A DNA stretch of 64,000 nt from a bacterium (GCA_963663405.2 CAXXSM010000041.1:1-64000), one strand, 5' to 3'. Counted from the first letter of the stretch, positions 1 through 11,426 are shown. Notes: generated from the sequence alone by a model not told the origin. Translations and numbers: made by a program.

Positions 1-2102
1 TCGATGTATCCTTCAACTGTATTTGAATCCTTGATGACAAGCCGTACATCATACCAGGTATCGTATTCGACTTTAAACTCTTTCCGTTCTGTTACATCAC
101 CAATTGTAGAGCCTTGGACCGCATCCCATTTCTCAATGACCTGACATGTATTCCCCCATCCTCCAAGGTTCCAAACATAGTAGTCATTGGTTGATGTGAA
201 TCCAAAAATGATACGAAAGCCTTCATTTCCTCCTGATGCTTTGGCTGATAAGGCGCATTCTCCATTCTCAATGACTGGGCTGAAGAGCAATGCCGCTGGA
301 GCGGCATTCGTAATGGATTGACGAAGTACATCTTTGTATAATAACCATTGTCCTCGAAACGGCAGCATCTGTTCGTGAGAATTGATCTCGACCGTTTCTT
401 GGATTGGTTCGGACGGCCATTCCATCCGGTCCAAAACCTGTTGTTCTTCTCCCTGAAATATAACCACAATTTCATCAGAGAGTCCTCTCTGCAATCCGCC
501 TACAGGAGGGCCGTCTGGATTTAATAAATCTTTCTCCCATTCTCCATGACTCGTCCAGATTTCACTGTTATATGCGAGATTGATCACCAGCCCAGAAGGG
601 AGAACGCCCCGCGCGCGGACGATGGGAACATATCCGCCGTATTCTTCCAACTGTTTCTTTTTCAATTCCTGGTTGGCGCCATGTGAACCATCCATCGCCG
701 GGCTGAATTGATACGAAAATGGATCACCAGTGACAGGACAGATAAAGAGCGACGCGTCATCGACATAGTTGGGAACCAGCTCATTCAGTTCCTTGGGAAC
801 GTCTCCCTTGTCCTTTTTGAACCGATCCAAGGCTACTGCGATTTCACGCAGACTCTTGCGGACTTTGCATTCATCTGAATCAAGCGTCTTACCGGTTTGA
901 CTGACATCTTCCCACCTGTTGGTCCTGGTTATGAGAAATTCTCCACCATATGTTAAACTCATGTAGCCGCCGTGATTAAAACAACGGACCAGCGCGACTC
1001 GATCGCCATATTGAGTCAGTTGGTTGTTCTTCCATGAGGATGAATTTGGAGAAAACTCATAGAGATAACTCGTCGTTTTTTCAGGATCTTTTAAATAAAC
1101 AAATTCCTCAGGAAATTCGGGATTGAATGGGCAGATAAGGATTGAGTCGTCATCCAAGTATTTCGGATACAACTCGTGAAGCCATTGAGGCAGTTGCTCA
1201 TTATGGTCCATGCGATACGCAGTAAGAGCCAATCCCAGCTTCCGCAAGTTCATTCGGCAGTCTTCATGTTTTTTACGCTGAGCAGGTGTACCCAGAACCG
1301 ATATCGGAGTTACGACTTCGAAACGCAGTTCTCCAGTCTGATTGAAATCTCTTCTATCCTGCGTTTTCTTTTCGGACGGGATGATGGGTATGGGGAGATC
1401 ATCCAAGGAGACATTTAAGATGTTGGCTATTTTCTCATGAGAATCAAGACCGAATAGATTTTCCGCGATGACACAGCCATTCGTATCAATCAGTATGTTA
1501 TATGGACACGAAGTGACTCCGAGTGTTTCTGTTACCTTCTCTCCATCGGTTTCATCATCCAAAACCGTGGGCCATTGAATCCGCCATTCATCGGCGAATG
1601 ATATGGCCCGATCTTCAATCACATCGACGAACACGCTTAGCATAGTCAATCCACAGGATTGAAATCGTTTGAATAAAATAATTTGATCTTGAATGATCTC
1701 ACGTGAACCGTAGCCTAATGGATTCATGAAAAAAATCAGCGCGTATTTCCCGTTGGATGGGTGGAATGAAACAGGAAGCCCTTCAACACTGAAGACATCA
1801 ATGTCGGGGATGGTGTCGTCAACGCTGAATTTGCTCTTCCCTTGTACTTTGGCTTTAAGATCTGTCGATTGATTCTGCCCACTTGGAACAATCGTTTGAT
1901 CGGCGTTGTTTTCCGCCAGCGCCAGCCCCATTGATAGGGTCACTACAAGAGTAATCCCTTCATGGGTATAAGGGGTAGTGTATCTTATTGAATCCTTATT
2001 TTCTTCAGCGGCGGTTAAATGCGAATTCGGGATGATAATGAATACTGCCAAAAGGATAACATATAAACGAATCATGGAAAAGCGTGAAAATCTCTTTGTC
2101 AT
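1..2102 (-). CDS. Secreted multidomain protein, 3' end outside the window: signal peptide, redoxin/TlpA-like domain lacking CxxC, two GspG/DUF1559-like pseudopilin domains, ConA/LamG-like beta-sandwich
   Basis: Manual translation gives ~700 codons open from ATG 2102 (RBS GGAGAG) to the window edge: MTKRFSRFSMIRLYVILLAVFIII...; CRMNLRKLGLALTAYRMDHNEQLPQWLHELYPKY and CKVRKSLREIAVALDRFKKDKGDVPKELNELVPNY; GGNEGFRIIFG...YYVWNLGGWGNT. Absent from the ORF track, probably because no stop lies in the window. Confidence 0.8.
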   Translation of the reverse strand, partial: MTKRFSRFSMIRLYVILLAVFIIIPNSHLTAAEENKDSIRYTTPYTHEGITLVVTLSMGLALAENNADQTIVPSGQNQSTDLKAKVQGKSKFSVDDTIPDIDVFSVEGLPVSFHPSNGKYALIFFMNPLGYGSREIIQDQIILFKRFQSCGLTMLSVFVDVIEDRAISFADEWRIQWPTVLDDETDGEKVTETLGVTSCPYNILIDTNGCVIAENLFGLDSHEKIANILNVSLDDLPIPIIPSEKKTQDRRDFNQTGELRFEVVTPISVLGTPAQRKKHEDCRMNLRKLGLALTAYRMDHNEQLPQWLHELYPKYLDDDSILICPFNPEFPEEFVYLKDPEKTTSYLYEFSPNSSSWKNNQLTQYGDRVALVRCFNHGGYMSLTYGGEFLITRTNRWEDVSQTGKTLDSDECKVRKSLREIAVALDRFKKDKGDVPKELNELVPNYVDDASLFICPVTGDPFSYQFSPAMDGSHGANQELKKKQLEEYGGYVPIVRARGVLPSGLVINLAYNSEIWTSHGEWEKDLLNPDGPPVGGLQRGLSDEIVVIFQGEEQQVLDRMEWPSEPIQETVEINSHEQMLPFRGQWLLYKDVLRQSITNAAPAALLFSPVIENGECALSAKASGGNEGFRIIFGFTSTNDYYVWNLGGWGNTCQVIEKWDAVQGSTIGDVTERKEFKVEYDTWYDVRLVIKDSNTVEGYI

Positions 2103-2426
2103 GACAATATCTCTCTCCATATATGTTTTACATGGAAGCGCTCTCGTGAAATCCAGGTTTTGATCAGTTTCCACTTCTTAATCCGAACTCATTTCAAGAA
2201 ATTAGACTGAAAAAACATTTCTTTCTCTATATTAATTACGATGATAGACATAAAAAAGTCTACAAATAATTTGATCGGTTATCTTGAAAATTTGATATTT
2301 TGTATGATTGATGTTAGGATCAACGATCAAAATGATGGATGCCGATGAGAATTAGGATTATTGATGGACTGAAAATTCAGCGATAATGAACCATATGTTT
2401 TACTATAATCTTAGGAGGTTTTTGTT

Positions 2427-3731
2427 ATGCGTAAGCGCCAAGAAAGTTTTTACATTTTCATTCTTGTTTTTGCGCTGATGCCTGCCGTTACCGAATCGCA
2501 GATCCGGGATTGGCCGGATGACGAACGCGAAGGTATCAAGATCAATTACACCGAAGCCAACGTTCCCTCCTATACCCTTCCAGATCTCTTGACGCTGCAG
2601 GATGGAAGAAAAGTTACCAGCCCTAAAACCTGGAATGAAGAGAGACGCCCAGAGATTCTTCAACTATTGGTGGAAAATCAATTCGGCCGGGCAGTGGGTA
2701 ATCCAAGCGATGTACGTTTTATTGTATTCGATAAAGGAACCCTCGCCTTTGAAGGAAAAGCCTTACGTAAACAGGTCACAATGCGATTTGGGAAAGGGCC
2801 GGAAGTGGATTTGTTGTTCTATCTTCCGGTGAACGCAGAAAAACCGGCGCCGCTTCTGCTGAATATCTGTTTTATGGCCAACAGTCAGACCGTAAACGAT
2901 CCTGGCGTTAAGGAAGGAAAAATCTGGAACCGGGAGAGGAAGCGTGTGCCAGCCGGACGAAAATCCATATTTCCAAAGACTGATGTGATGCAGTTTATTG
3001 AGCGCGGCTATGGATTTGCCACGGTAAACTATGGAGACTTTGAACCGGATTTCAAGGGAGGATTGGAGTATGGTATTCGCTACCAATATTTAAAGCCGGG
3101 ACAGAGCGCCCCGGAACCGGATGAGTGGGGGGCCATTGCCGCATGGGCGTGGGGATTGAGCCGCGTCCTGGATTATTTCGAAACCGATCCTGACGTAGAC
3201 GCCAAACGAGTGGCCATCACCGGTGTTTCGCGATTGGGCAAAACCGCCCTCTGGACGGCCGCCGCGGATCCACGTTTTGCAATGGCCATTCCAAGCTGCT
3301 CCGGTCAGGGGGGAGCGGCGCTCAGCCGGCGCAATTACGGTGAAACAATCAAACTGATAACGCTGCCCCAACGCTATGGATACCAGTTTTGCGAAAACTA
3401 TGCAAAATGGGGCGATGATCCAAACGCGGCGCCGATAGATGCGCACATGCTCATCGCGCTGATGGCTCCACGGCCGGTGTTGCTGCAAACCGGCGACACT
3501 GATAAATGGTCGGATCCTTTGGGTGAGTTCAAAGCGGCGGTTGCGGCCGAACCGGTTTACAAACTGTTCGGCAAGAAAGGCCTAGGCGTTGCTCAAATCC
3601 CGGTCAGCGGTGTACCGATCCTGAATGATATCGGTTACTACATGCACAAAGGCGGTCACGGGATGCACGCCACAGATGGCGCATCCGACTGGCGTGTATA
3701 TCTGGATTACATGGACCTGTACCTGCAATAA
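2427..3731 (+). CDS. Secreted CE15-like (glucuronoyl/acetylxylan) esterase
   Basis: Signal peptide; WGAIAAWAWG and nucleophile motif GVSRLGK; RBS AGGAGG. Confidence 0.85.
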   Translation: MRKRQESFYIFILVFALMPAVTESQIRDWPDDEREGIKINYTEANVPSYTLPDLLTLQDGRKVTSPKTWNEERRPEILQLLVENQFGRAVGNPSDVRFIVFDKGTLAFEGKALRKQVTMRFGKGPEVDLLFYLPVNAEKPAPLLLNICFMANSQTVNDPGVKEGKIWNRERKRVPAGRKSIFPKTDVMQFIERGYGFATVNYGDFEPDFKGGLEYGIRYQYLKPGQSAPEPDEWGAIAAWAWGLSRVLDYFETDPDVDAKRVAITGVSRLGKTALWTAAADPRFAMAIPSCSGQGGAALSRRNYGETIKLITLPQRYGYQFCENYAKWGDDPNAAPIDAHMLIALMAPRPVLLQTGDTDKWSDPLGEFKAAVAAEPVYKLFGKKGLGVAQIPVSGVPILNDIGYYMHKGGHGMHATDGASDWRVYLDYMDLYLQ

Positions 3732-4169
3732 CGCTCTTTTCCTCTAACGGAAAGAAACGGGATAAGTAGGTCTATAAAATATTCAATCATTGACCTGTTG
3801 ATCCGCTTTGTTTTGCCGTGTATACCGCTTCACGATGTATCAAAGGCCGATGATTAGTATTCTACTGAACGAAGCGATAAACATATGTCCAGACAGACTG
3901 CGTCCTTTCGCATTGAAGCCGCGCAGATCCCCGATAGCGCAGCCATAGCTCCACAAGTCGTCCGTAAGGATCTCGGCTCGCTGGAGAGAAAGCATCGGTG
4001 ACAATATACATTCATGCGCATCTTTCATCGGGCAATACTCCTCACGGGATTGGGGTGTTTAGTTTGGGAAAACTTATGAAAGCCACAATCCTTTATCTCG
4101 GAAGGAGTTACAAAATATAGAGCAACTTCTTGTTGCGACAGAACGACTTCTAAAAAGGAGTGATTTTCC

Positions 4170-5714
4170 ATGGGACATCCATCCAGTCTTCAAATAACCC
4201 GCCGTCAAGCGTTGCAAACCGGTTTATTAGCCGCTACCGCCTTGACTAGCCCAAGCTCACACGCCGCCGCCCGGCGGGAAAGGCCGAATCTTCTTCTCCT
4301 GATGGCCGATCAGTTTCGGGGGGATTGCCTTGGCTCAGACGGTCATCCTGCTGTGCAAACACCGAATCTTGACCGGATCGCGGCGGAAGGCGCGCGGTTC
4401 CGCTGCGCCTATTCATGTACCCCTACCTGCACACCGGCCCGCGCCGCTCTGTTAACGGGATTGAATCCCTGGCGTCATGGAATGCTGGGGTATTCAAGTG
4501 TCGCGGAGCGGTATCCATATGAAATGCCCCGAGTTTTGCGTGAAGCGGGATATTACACTCTTGGTATCGGCAAGATGCATTTCAGACATCAGCGATGTAC
4601 GCACGGATATCACATGACGATCCTGGATGAATCGGGCCGCGAGCAATCCCCCGATTTCCGCAGCGACTATCGTTCGTGGTTCTATAGTGAAGCGCCTACG
4701 CTCAATCCAGACGAAACGGGTATCGGGTGGAACGATTACGCTACCAAACCTTACGCCCTTCCAGAGCGTTTTCATCCGACGGTTTGGACGGGGAACACCG
4801 CCGTGAACTTCATTAATCATTATAAAGGGAAAGATCCATTCTTCTTGAAAGTCTCGTTCGCCCGGCCCCATAGCCCCTACGATCCACCACAACGTCTCTT
4901 TGACCAATACGAAGACGCCGATATCCCAGAAGCCGTCATTGGCGATTGGGCGGAGCGTCACGCCATGCGTGGAGAAAAGCTCCCATCCAACACTTGGCGC
5001 GGGGATCTGGGAAAAGAGCAGGTCCGAATGTCACGCCAAGGGTATTATGGTTCGATTACGTTTATTGATGAACAGATCGGACGTATCCTTGAAGCGTTGG
5101 AACGGCGCGGTCTGCTTGATAACACGATGATATTCTTTATCGCCGATCATGGTGACATGACCGGCGATCATCATCTGTGGCGCAAATCCTACGCCTATGA
5201 AGCCTCCGCCCGCATCCCTATGCTCGCGCGATGGCCGGAAGGGCTGATTTCCGCTAAAAGAGGTCAGACGTTATCACAGCCCGTAGAAATCCGCGACGTG
5301 TTTCCCACCTTCTTGGACGCCGCTTCGATTGAACCGGAACACAAACTGGATGGACAAAGCCTTCTCAAGCCCATTCAAGGTAAAACAGACGACTGGCGGG
5401 AGTATATCGACCTCGAACATGATGTTTGCTATAGCGCCGATAATCATTGGAACGCCCTGACGGACGGCCGCATGAAATATATCTTCCATGCGAAAAGCGG
5501 TGAGGAACAGCTGTTCAATCTGGCGGTCGATCCGGGAGAACTGGAGGACTTATCCGGCTATGTTTCCCAACAGAGTGAGTTGAGATTGTGGCGGAACCGC
5601 ATGATTGAACACCTCGCTGAACGTGGGGAACAATTCGTCAAAAACGGCCGGTTGGCATTACGTCCCGAACGGATGTTGCACTCGCCTAATTATCCACAAT
5701 CCACCCAAAGCTGA
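4170..5714 (+). CDS. Tat-exported arylsulfatase (S1 sulfatase)
   Basis: TRRQAL twin-arginine signal; PNLLLLMADQ; CTPARAALLTG (CxPxR); GKMH; DHGD. Confidence 0.93.
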   Translation: MGHPSSLQITRRQALQTGLLAATALTSPSSHAAARRERPNLLLLMADQFRGDCLGSDGHPAVQTPNLDRIAAEGARFRCAYSCTPTCTPARAALLTGLNPWRHGMLGYSSVAERYPYEMPRVLREAGYYTLGIGKMHFRHQRCTHGYHMTILDESGREQSPDFRSDYRSWFYSEAPTLNPDETGIGWNDYATKPYALPERFHPTVWTGNTAVNFINHYKGKDPFFLKVSFARPHSPYDPPQRLFDQYEDADIPEAVIGDWAERHAMRGEKLPSNTWRGDLGKEQVRMSRQGYYGSITFIDEQIGRILEALERRGLLDNTMIFFIADHGDMTGDHHLWRKSYAYEASARIPMLARWPEGLISAKRGQTLSQPVEIRDVFPTFLDAASIEPEHKLDGQSLLKPIQGKTDDWREYIDLEHDVCYSADNHWNALTDGRMKYIFHAKSGEEQLFNLAVDPGELEDLSGYVSQQSELRLWRNRMIEHLAERGEQFVKNGRLALRPERMLHSPNYPQSTQS

Positions 5715-5868
5715 TGGCGCGCTTATTCTGTAGCGGCGTGATTAATGGCTGGTAAAGTCAAGCAAAATGATTCCGATAATAAATGATGTGGGTTTCTGTG
5801 CGCATACGATTACAGACTCCGGAGCGTGAATTCAATACGCCGGGAATTATGAATATTAGGATAGCGAT

Positions 5869-8800
5869 ATGATCTGCATGAGACAGTCAATCCTGCGCGT
5901 CTCGCATTGTATAGTATTACTGTGGTTGATGATAATAATGGGATGGGACGCTTATGGCGCGAACCGGTCACGGCTTTTTGTATTGGGGCAATCCAATCGC
6001 GAATCATCGGCGGTTTATCCAGCGGCGTCGGTCGAGGACGCGACAATTGATACAATCGCTGGAACCGGCCGCACAGGAACCAATGGTGACGGCGGCCCTG
6101 CTCTCGAAGCGTTCTTGAATTCACCCAAGGATGTGGCCTGGCATCCGGATGGAAGCCTATTAATCACTGATATCAACAATAATAAAGTCCGCCGTTTGGA
6201 TATGGAAACCGGCGTCATGACGACCTTCGCCGGAAACGGCATCAACGCGGCGACGGGAAATCAACGTTTAGCGGTCGAAGCCTCGGTCGCCGCGCCCTAT
6301 TCGATCGCCGTGGATGATGATGGGATGGTCTACATCGCCACGCTGCATCAGATTCGCGTTGTGAACGATGAAGGACGTATTTTCTCATTCGCGGGATCGA
6401 TTGCTGGGGACGCCGGGGATGGAATCCCTATGTCGGAAGCCCAATTTCAAACGTTGGGAGGGCTTGCGATTGACAACGATGGCGCGATTCTTGTCGCCGA
6501 TACGCTCAATCAAAAAGTACGGAAAATTCGAACCGACGGTATTGTGGTTACCATCGCCGGAACCGGCGTGCAGGGAAGCGGCGGGGATGGCGGTCATCCT
6601 TCACGAGCGCAATTGAATAACCCGGTCGATGTCGCAGTCGATATATTCGGTTCAATCTATATTGCTGAACGTTTTGGAAAGCGCATCCGAAAGATTCAAG
6701 ATAACATCATCACAACCTTGTTTGACTCAACGGCTGATTCACGGTTCCTTGGTCCACGTGGGTTGGCGGTTTTCAGCGATTTATTTCTCTATTTTACGGA
6801 TGAAAATCATATCGTTTGGCGTTGGAATTTTTTTGATAGTGAAGCGGAAATCGTCGCGGGAACAGGTGTCGCGGGGTATGCGGGAGACGGTGGCCCCGCC
6901 TTGGAGGCGGAACTGCGATCGCCGATTGGTCTGGCGGCTGATCCCCAGGGGAATGTGTACATCGCTGATTCCAATAATCATGTTGTTCGTATGATCTCAA
7001 TTCCCGATCCGGAAATCCCTTCAACACCGACGCCATCCCATACACCGACGCCGTCTCCCACGGCGACGAAAGGGCCGACCAGCACACCGACACGCACCCC
7101 CAAGCCACGCACCCCCACGCCCACTCATACGCCGATTCCGACCGTCACATCGACCGTCACACCAACTCCCTACCCGGAAGGACAGTTGGCGCCGGAAATC
7201 GCAACGGGGATCTCGGATGGAGCGAACTTTGTTTTCTACGAAAATCAGACGAGTGTAATAATCCCTTCACCGCCGGAATCAGGGAAAGTGCGGGTTCTGT
7301 TATCTTCTTCCCCCGATGGGCTGGGGTATCTATTAACACGTGATACGATCGGGTTATCAGTGCTGCGTCCATCCGGTACGATTGAAAATGTGACCTTCAC
7401 ATTCAGCGATCTCGCGACACCAACCGAACCACAGAACATTACACAACTCTTTGAACAGGGGCGGAATGAAGTCTCGGTTCGCCTTATCGATTCAAAGGGA
7501 TCGGGATATTCCAGTTTTGCTTTATATGTTGTTGTTTTCAGCGCTCCTGAGTTGAAGAATATTCCAGATATCCGGGGATTGGTGGGTGAAGATGTGAATG
7601 ATGTTTACCGGTTGAGTGATTATCTTTCAGATCAGGATACGCCAATCGAAGATATCTTTTGGTCGATCACCCCATTTCCAAACGCGCCCCGCGTACAGAT
7701 TTTGCGCGGATTAGAGAATGACATCTCCATAGAAGCCGCTGATAAACCTCTAGAAAGCGGTTTTATTGTTGAAGCGTCGGATGGGATTTTTAGCGTAACA
7801 GACGAGATTTGGGTGAAATTCTCAACGTTCCGATTACAGGATTTTATTCTTCCGGATGTGCCTTTGGTGGGAGACAGCGCGTACGTATCTCCATACTCAT
7901 TCAGGTCACTTTACGATCCTCCCGATGTCAACACCGCGGATGTTCCGTTTAAAGCGACGTTTGAAGCCGGGCGGGGTGTTGAAGCGGCGCATGTCGCGCA
8001 TGGAATCGTGTATATCTTTCCTGAATTCCCAGGCGGGAAGGCGAATGAGCCGGTCAACATATCTCTCTTGGGCCGCCGGGAGAGCAATCCCGATGATTAT
8101 GACGGCGTCGTGCTCCAAACCTCATCCGCGATTTCACCGGGAGATGGGGATATCTATCGAAACTCAGATTTTTCAGCGGAAACGCTTGCTGAAACCAATT
8201 GGTTTAAGATTATACCCAATCAACTATCGGGCGAAAAATATCCATCAGGCGATCTCTTTCTTGGATCTATACCACCCGAGCCGGATCTTGTAAAAACCGA
8301 TGGATATGGCGTCAATTTCATTGTTGATCCAGGAGAAGCGGTTGTGCTTGTCAGCGATCGAATCACAATGCCTAAAGGCCCCGTGACGATCTCGGCATGG
8401 TTGGCCGTTGAAAAGTCGGATGAAAATAATGATGACACGCCTCAGATCACGCTGGCGTTGGCGGAAGATGACTCCAACCTGGCGTATACCACTATTCGCA
8501 AACAAGAAATATTGGGAGACAGCCGGTACCAATATTTAAGCACAACCTTTGACGTCGTGGGACCGGACGCCTTGGCGCTCGTGCAGATTATTGGAACGCA
8601 AAAAGCAGGTAGAGCGGAAATCTATTTGGATAATCTGCGGATTTATCCCGCGAAACGGGATATCGATATGGCTTTAGCGCCAACGAACCTGCCGGTTCTC
8701 TTTGATGGGATGTTTGAATCGGTTCTCGGTGGATTCGGTCTCTTTTTTGAAATTGACGCGTCTTCGTATGGCGGCAGAGCCTACGTCAGCAAACTCGCAA

Positions 8801-9258
8801 ACCGCTCGGTAATTCCTGGTGGATTCAGGCAGTCATTAATCATGGAGCCGCAGGAACCGGATTCGGCGATCCGTCTAACGGTTGGTCCAACAGAGATCGA
8901 TCGCACGTTGTATCCACGTGTGCTGTCCGTCCGGGCGCATCTCCAAGCGGTCCGGGAAGGAAACGGTGTGTTCGCTTTGGCGTTGTATAATGGAAACCAG
9001 GAAGCCGTAACCTTTGTTTCCGATGACCGTCTTCCAACCGATCCAGATTGGCATGAAATCACAGCCAGCGGAATTTTCTCTGTTCCTGGACCGATTGAGC
9101 CCACGATCGTCCTGCAAAACGTGAAAATCCTAGGCGCGTTTCCCGGCGTAATCCTCGATGGCGCGACAATCGCAGTCGATGACATCACCATCGAAGCCTT
9201 CCAAGATACCACCTATTTATGGGAACACACCCTTCTTCCCAACGCTTCTAGAAATTAA
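5869..9258 (+). CDS. Large secreted NHL-repeat protein with Pro/Thr linker and uncharacterised C-terminal beta domains
   Basis: Repeated GDGGPALEAxLxxPxGxAxDxxGNVYIADxxN NHL motifs; PTPSHTPTPSPT linker; signal-like N-terminus. Confidence 0.85.
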   Translation: MICMRQSILRVSHCIVLLWLMIIMGWDAYGANRSRLFVLGQSNRESSAVYPAASVEDATIDTIAGTGRTGTNGDGGPALEAFLNSPKDVAWHPDGSLLITDINNNKVRRLDMETGVMTTFAGNGINAATGNQRLAVEASVAAPYSIAVDDDGMVYIATLHQIRVVNDEGRIFSFAGSIAGDAGDGIPMSEAQFQTLGGLAIDNDGAILVADTLNQKVRKIRTDGIVVTIAGTGVQGSGGDGGHPSRAQLNNPVDVAVDIFGSIYIAERFGKRIRKIQDNIITTLFDSTADSRFLGPRGLAVFSDLFLYFTDENHIVWRWNFFDSEAEIVAGTGVAGYAGDGGPALEAELRSPIGLAADPQGNVYIADSNNHVVRMISIPDPEIPSTPTPSHTPTPSPTATKGPTSTPTRTPKPRTPTPTHTPIPTVTSTVTPTPYPEGQLAPEIATGISDGANFVFYENQTSVIIPSPPESGKVRVLLSSSPDGLGYLLTRDTIGLSVLRPSGTIENVTFTFSDLATPTEPQNITQLFEQGRNEVSVRLIDSKGSGYSSFALYVVVFSAPELKNIPDIRGLVGEDVNDVYRLSDYLSDQDTPIEDIFWSITPFPNAPRVQILRGLENDISIEAADKPLESGFIVEASDGIFSVTDEIWVKFSTFRLQDFILPDVPLVGDSAYVSPYSFRSLYDPPDVNTADVPFKATFEAGRGVEAAHVAHGIVYIFPEFPGGKANEPVNISLLGRRESNPDDYDGVVLQTSSAISPGDGDIYRNSDFSAETLAETNWFKIIPNQLSGEKYPSGDLFLGSIPPEPDLVKTDGYGVNFIVDPGEAVVLVSDRITMPKGPVTISAWLAVEKSDENNDDTPQITLALAEDDSNLAYTTIRKQEILGDSRYQYLSTTFDVVGPDALALVQIIGTQKAGRAEIYLDNLRIYPAKRDIDMALAPTNLPVLFDGMFESVLGGFGLFFEIDASSYGGRAYVSKLANRSVIPGGFRQSLIMEPQEPDSAIRLTVGPTEIDRTLYPRVLSVRAHLQAVREGNGVFALALYNGNQEAVTFVSDDRLPTDPDWHEITASGIFSVPGPIEPTIVLQNVKILGAFPGVILDGATIAVDDITIEAFQDTTYLWEHTLLPNASRN

Positions 9259-9417
9259 TTCTCAATCCATACAATCCCTGCGTAATAATCAAGTCATTTC
9301 TAAATGATCTGGATGTAGTTATTTGCATTCCTATGCGATAAATGGGAATGAAGAAAGAATATGTCTTCCTGTTAGGTTTATATTTTGGTAACATTAGCAT
9401 ATTGTTAGTCCGATCTT

Positions 9418-11426
9418 GTGAGACAAATACGAATTGAGAAATCGTTGAACGTTTTTTTTCTACTCTTTCTTTTTCTACTGTATCCGATAGCAATCTGGCC
9501 GGATGTTGTTATCAATGAGATCAACTATCATCCACCGGACGACGCGCTTGAAGAATTTATTGAACTCTACAATCCAACGGATCAAGAGATCAATCTCGCT
9601 GGTTATTCCTTTTCAGAAGGCGTTCAATTTTCGTTCTCTCCGTTCGATGTGATTCCACCCAAAGGTTATCTCATCCTCGTTCAACGGCCTGAGGATGTGA
9701 GATGGAGTCACTTCCAAAATCGAATTGTTGGGCCTTATCGCGGAAAACTCGCGAACGAGGGGGAACGGATAACGTTAGTTAATAATGAAGGGGAAATTGT
9801 TGAGTCTGTATATTATTTAGATCAGGCGCCCTGGCCGCTTGGAGCGGATGGGTATGGGGCGTCATTGGAGCGGATTCATCCAGACGCGCCTGCGTATGAT
9901 TTCCATTCCTGGAGACTTTCTCGTTCTACTGGCGGTTCTCCACTGATTCAAAATTCAGTCTATGGCTTTCCTCCTGGACCCGCCCTGCGCGGTATTCGCT
10001 TCACACCGGAACGGCCACGCTCTACGGAATCCACGCAAGTAGAAGTTTTCTTGGATATGGCGGATCAGATCGAGCAAGTAAATCTTTGGGTTCTGCCTAT
10101 GACGGAAACCGCAATTGGGGAAACGTTTGCGATTCCCCTAATCGGTGAGGGATCGAACGAAATTGCCGTATATAAAGGGGAAATTCCTCCGTTCTCTTCC
10201 GAAACTCTCGTTCGAGTGCGAAGCGAGATTCTGCGAACGGATGGGCATGGATTATATTGGCCCGACCGGTTGGAACCGCGTCCTTTTGAATCCTATTTCA
10301 TCTACGATATGAATATCCCCGCCGCGCTTCCAATTCTCTGGCTCTTTGATGGTCCGGTTCCCAATGAATCTGAACATGTCAGGCGGACCGGCGTTGTGAT
10401 TCAGCCCTCTCCAAATTCAATGGTTCAAGTGTTCGATGGCGCCATTGTGGAACCTTCCCGGTCCGGGCAGAAAATCCATTTTCTCAAGGGGGAAGAATAC
10501 GAAGGAAATCGCACGTGGAATCTGCTTTTCCCACATACGCCGGAAATGGGAACCGAAGCGCCCCCACCTCATAGCACCGCCGGTCCAATGACTCCTCATT
10601 TAGAACGGTTGGGATATCAGCTTTACAGCGATTTTGGAGTCCTCTCCCTTGGAACCAGCTGGCATCGCGTGATCGAGCGCGGCAGGCATACGCAGCGCCT
10701 TGTCATTCAACAACCAAACGAAAACTTTCTGGCTCTGAATGGCCGTGATCCAGATGGGGATATCTATAAATTACAGTATGAGAATTGGATTAAGAAAACA
10801 AATCTTGATGAGGGAAGAGAAGAGTTAGAGGCTTTGCTTTGTGTTTTAGAACTGGAAGATCCTGAATTGCGCGGCGCTGGAATGAGGAATTTCTTGGATA
10901 TTCCGGAGATTACCTCCTATGAAGTGGTAACTGTGCTTATCAGTAATTGGGATGGGTTATGGAATAACTTTTTTCTCTATTACGCGCCACCTCCTGTTGA
11001 TCGATGGGAATGCATCCTTGGGATTTAGATCAGACCTGGGGATTTGCGGGTGTGTATGTCAGCATGTTGTATGACATGCCAGTTACATTTCCCATTGACG
11101 GCGTTTCGCGGTTGAGCAAACCACCCGGCCCATTATCCCGTCCCTTTCATCTGGATGAGGAACTAAATCAGCTCTATTTAGATAAAATGCGTGAAGCGCT
11201 GAATGATCAATTCTCTATTGAACGTTTACAAGAAATCCTAATCGAATCCAAAACTCCTTTGTTGGAAGATTTAGACCTTTTGGAAGAATATACGGGTAGA
11301 CCTCGCATGGTTCTGCGCCAGCAGATTGAGGACGCATACAAATATGTTGCTGAATTTATGGAACTTAGGCATGATTATTTAAATGGGATTCTCAATACAA
11401 TGATCGATGATTGGACTCTTTATTAA
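9418..11426 (+). CDS. Lamin-tail-domain + CotH kinase family secreted protein (frameshift near 11020 joins ORFs 9418-11028 and 11004-11426)
   Basis: VVINEINYHP..EFIELYN (LTD); ISNWDG..NNFFLY..RWEC+PWDLDQTWG (CotH) split across two frames; ends IDDWTLY*. Confidence 0.85.

Noticed and set aside
3840-4028. 62-aa minus-strand ORF with a GAGGAG RBS-like sequence
   Set aside because: No recognisable motif or other support; may be spurious.
7021-7175. Pro/Thr low-complexity repeat in the NHL protein
   Set aside because: Ordinary linker of a secreted protein, not a DNA-level repeat element.
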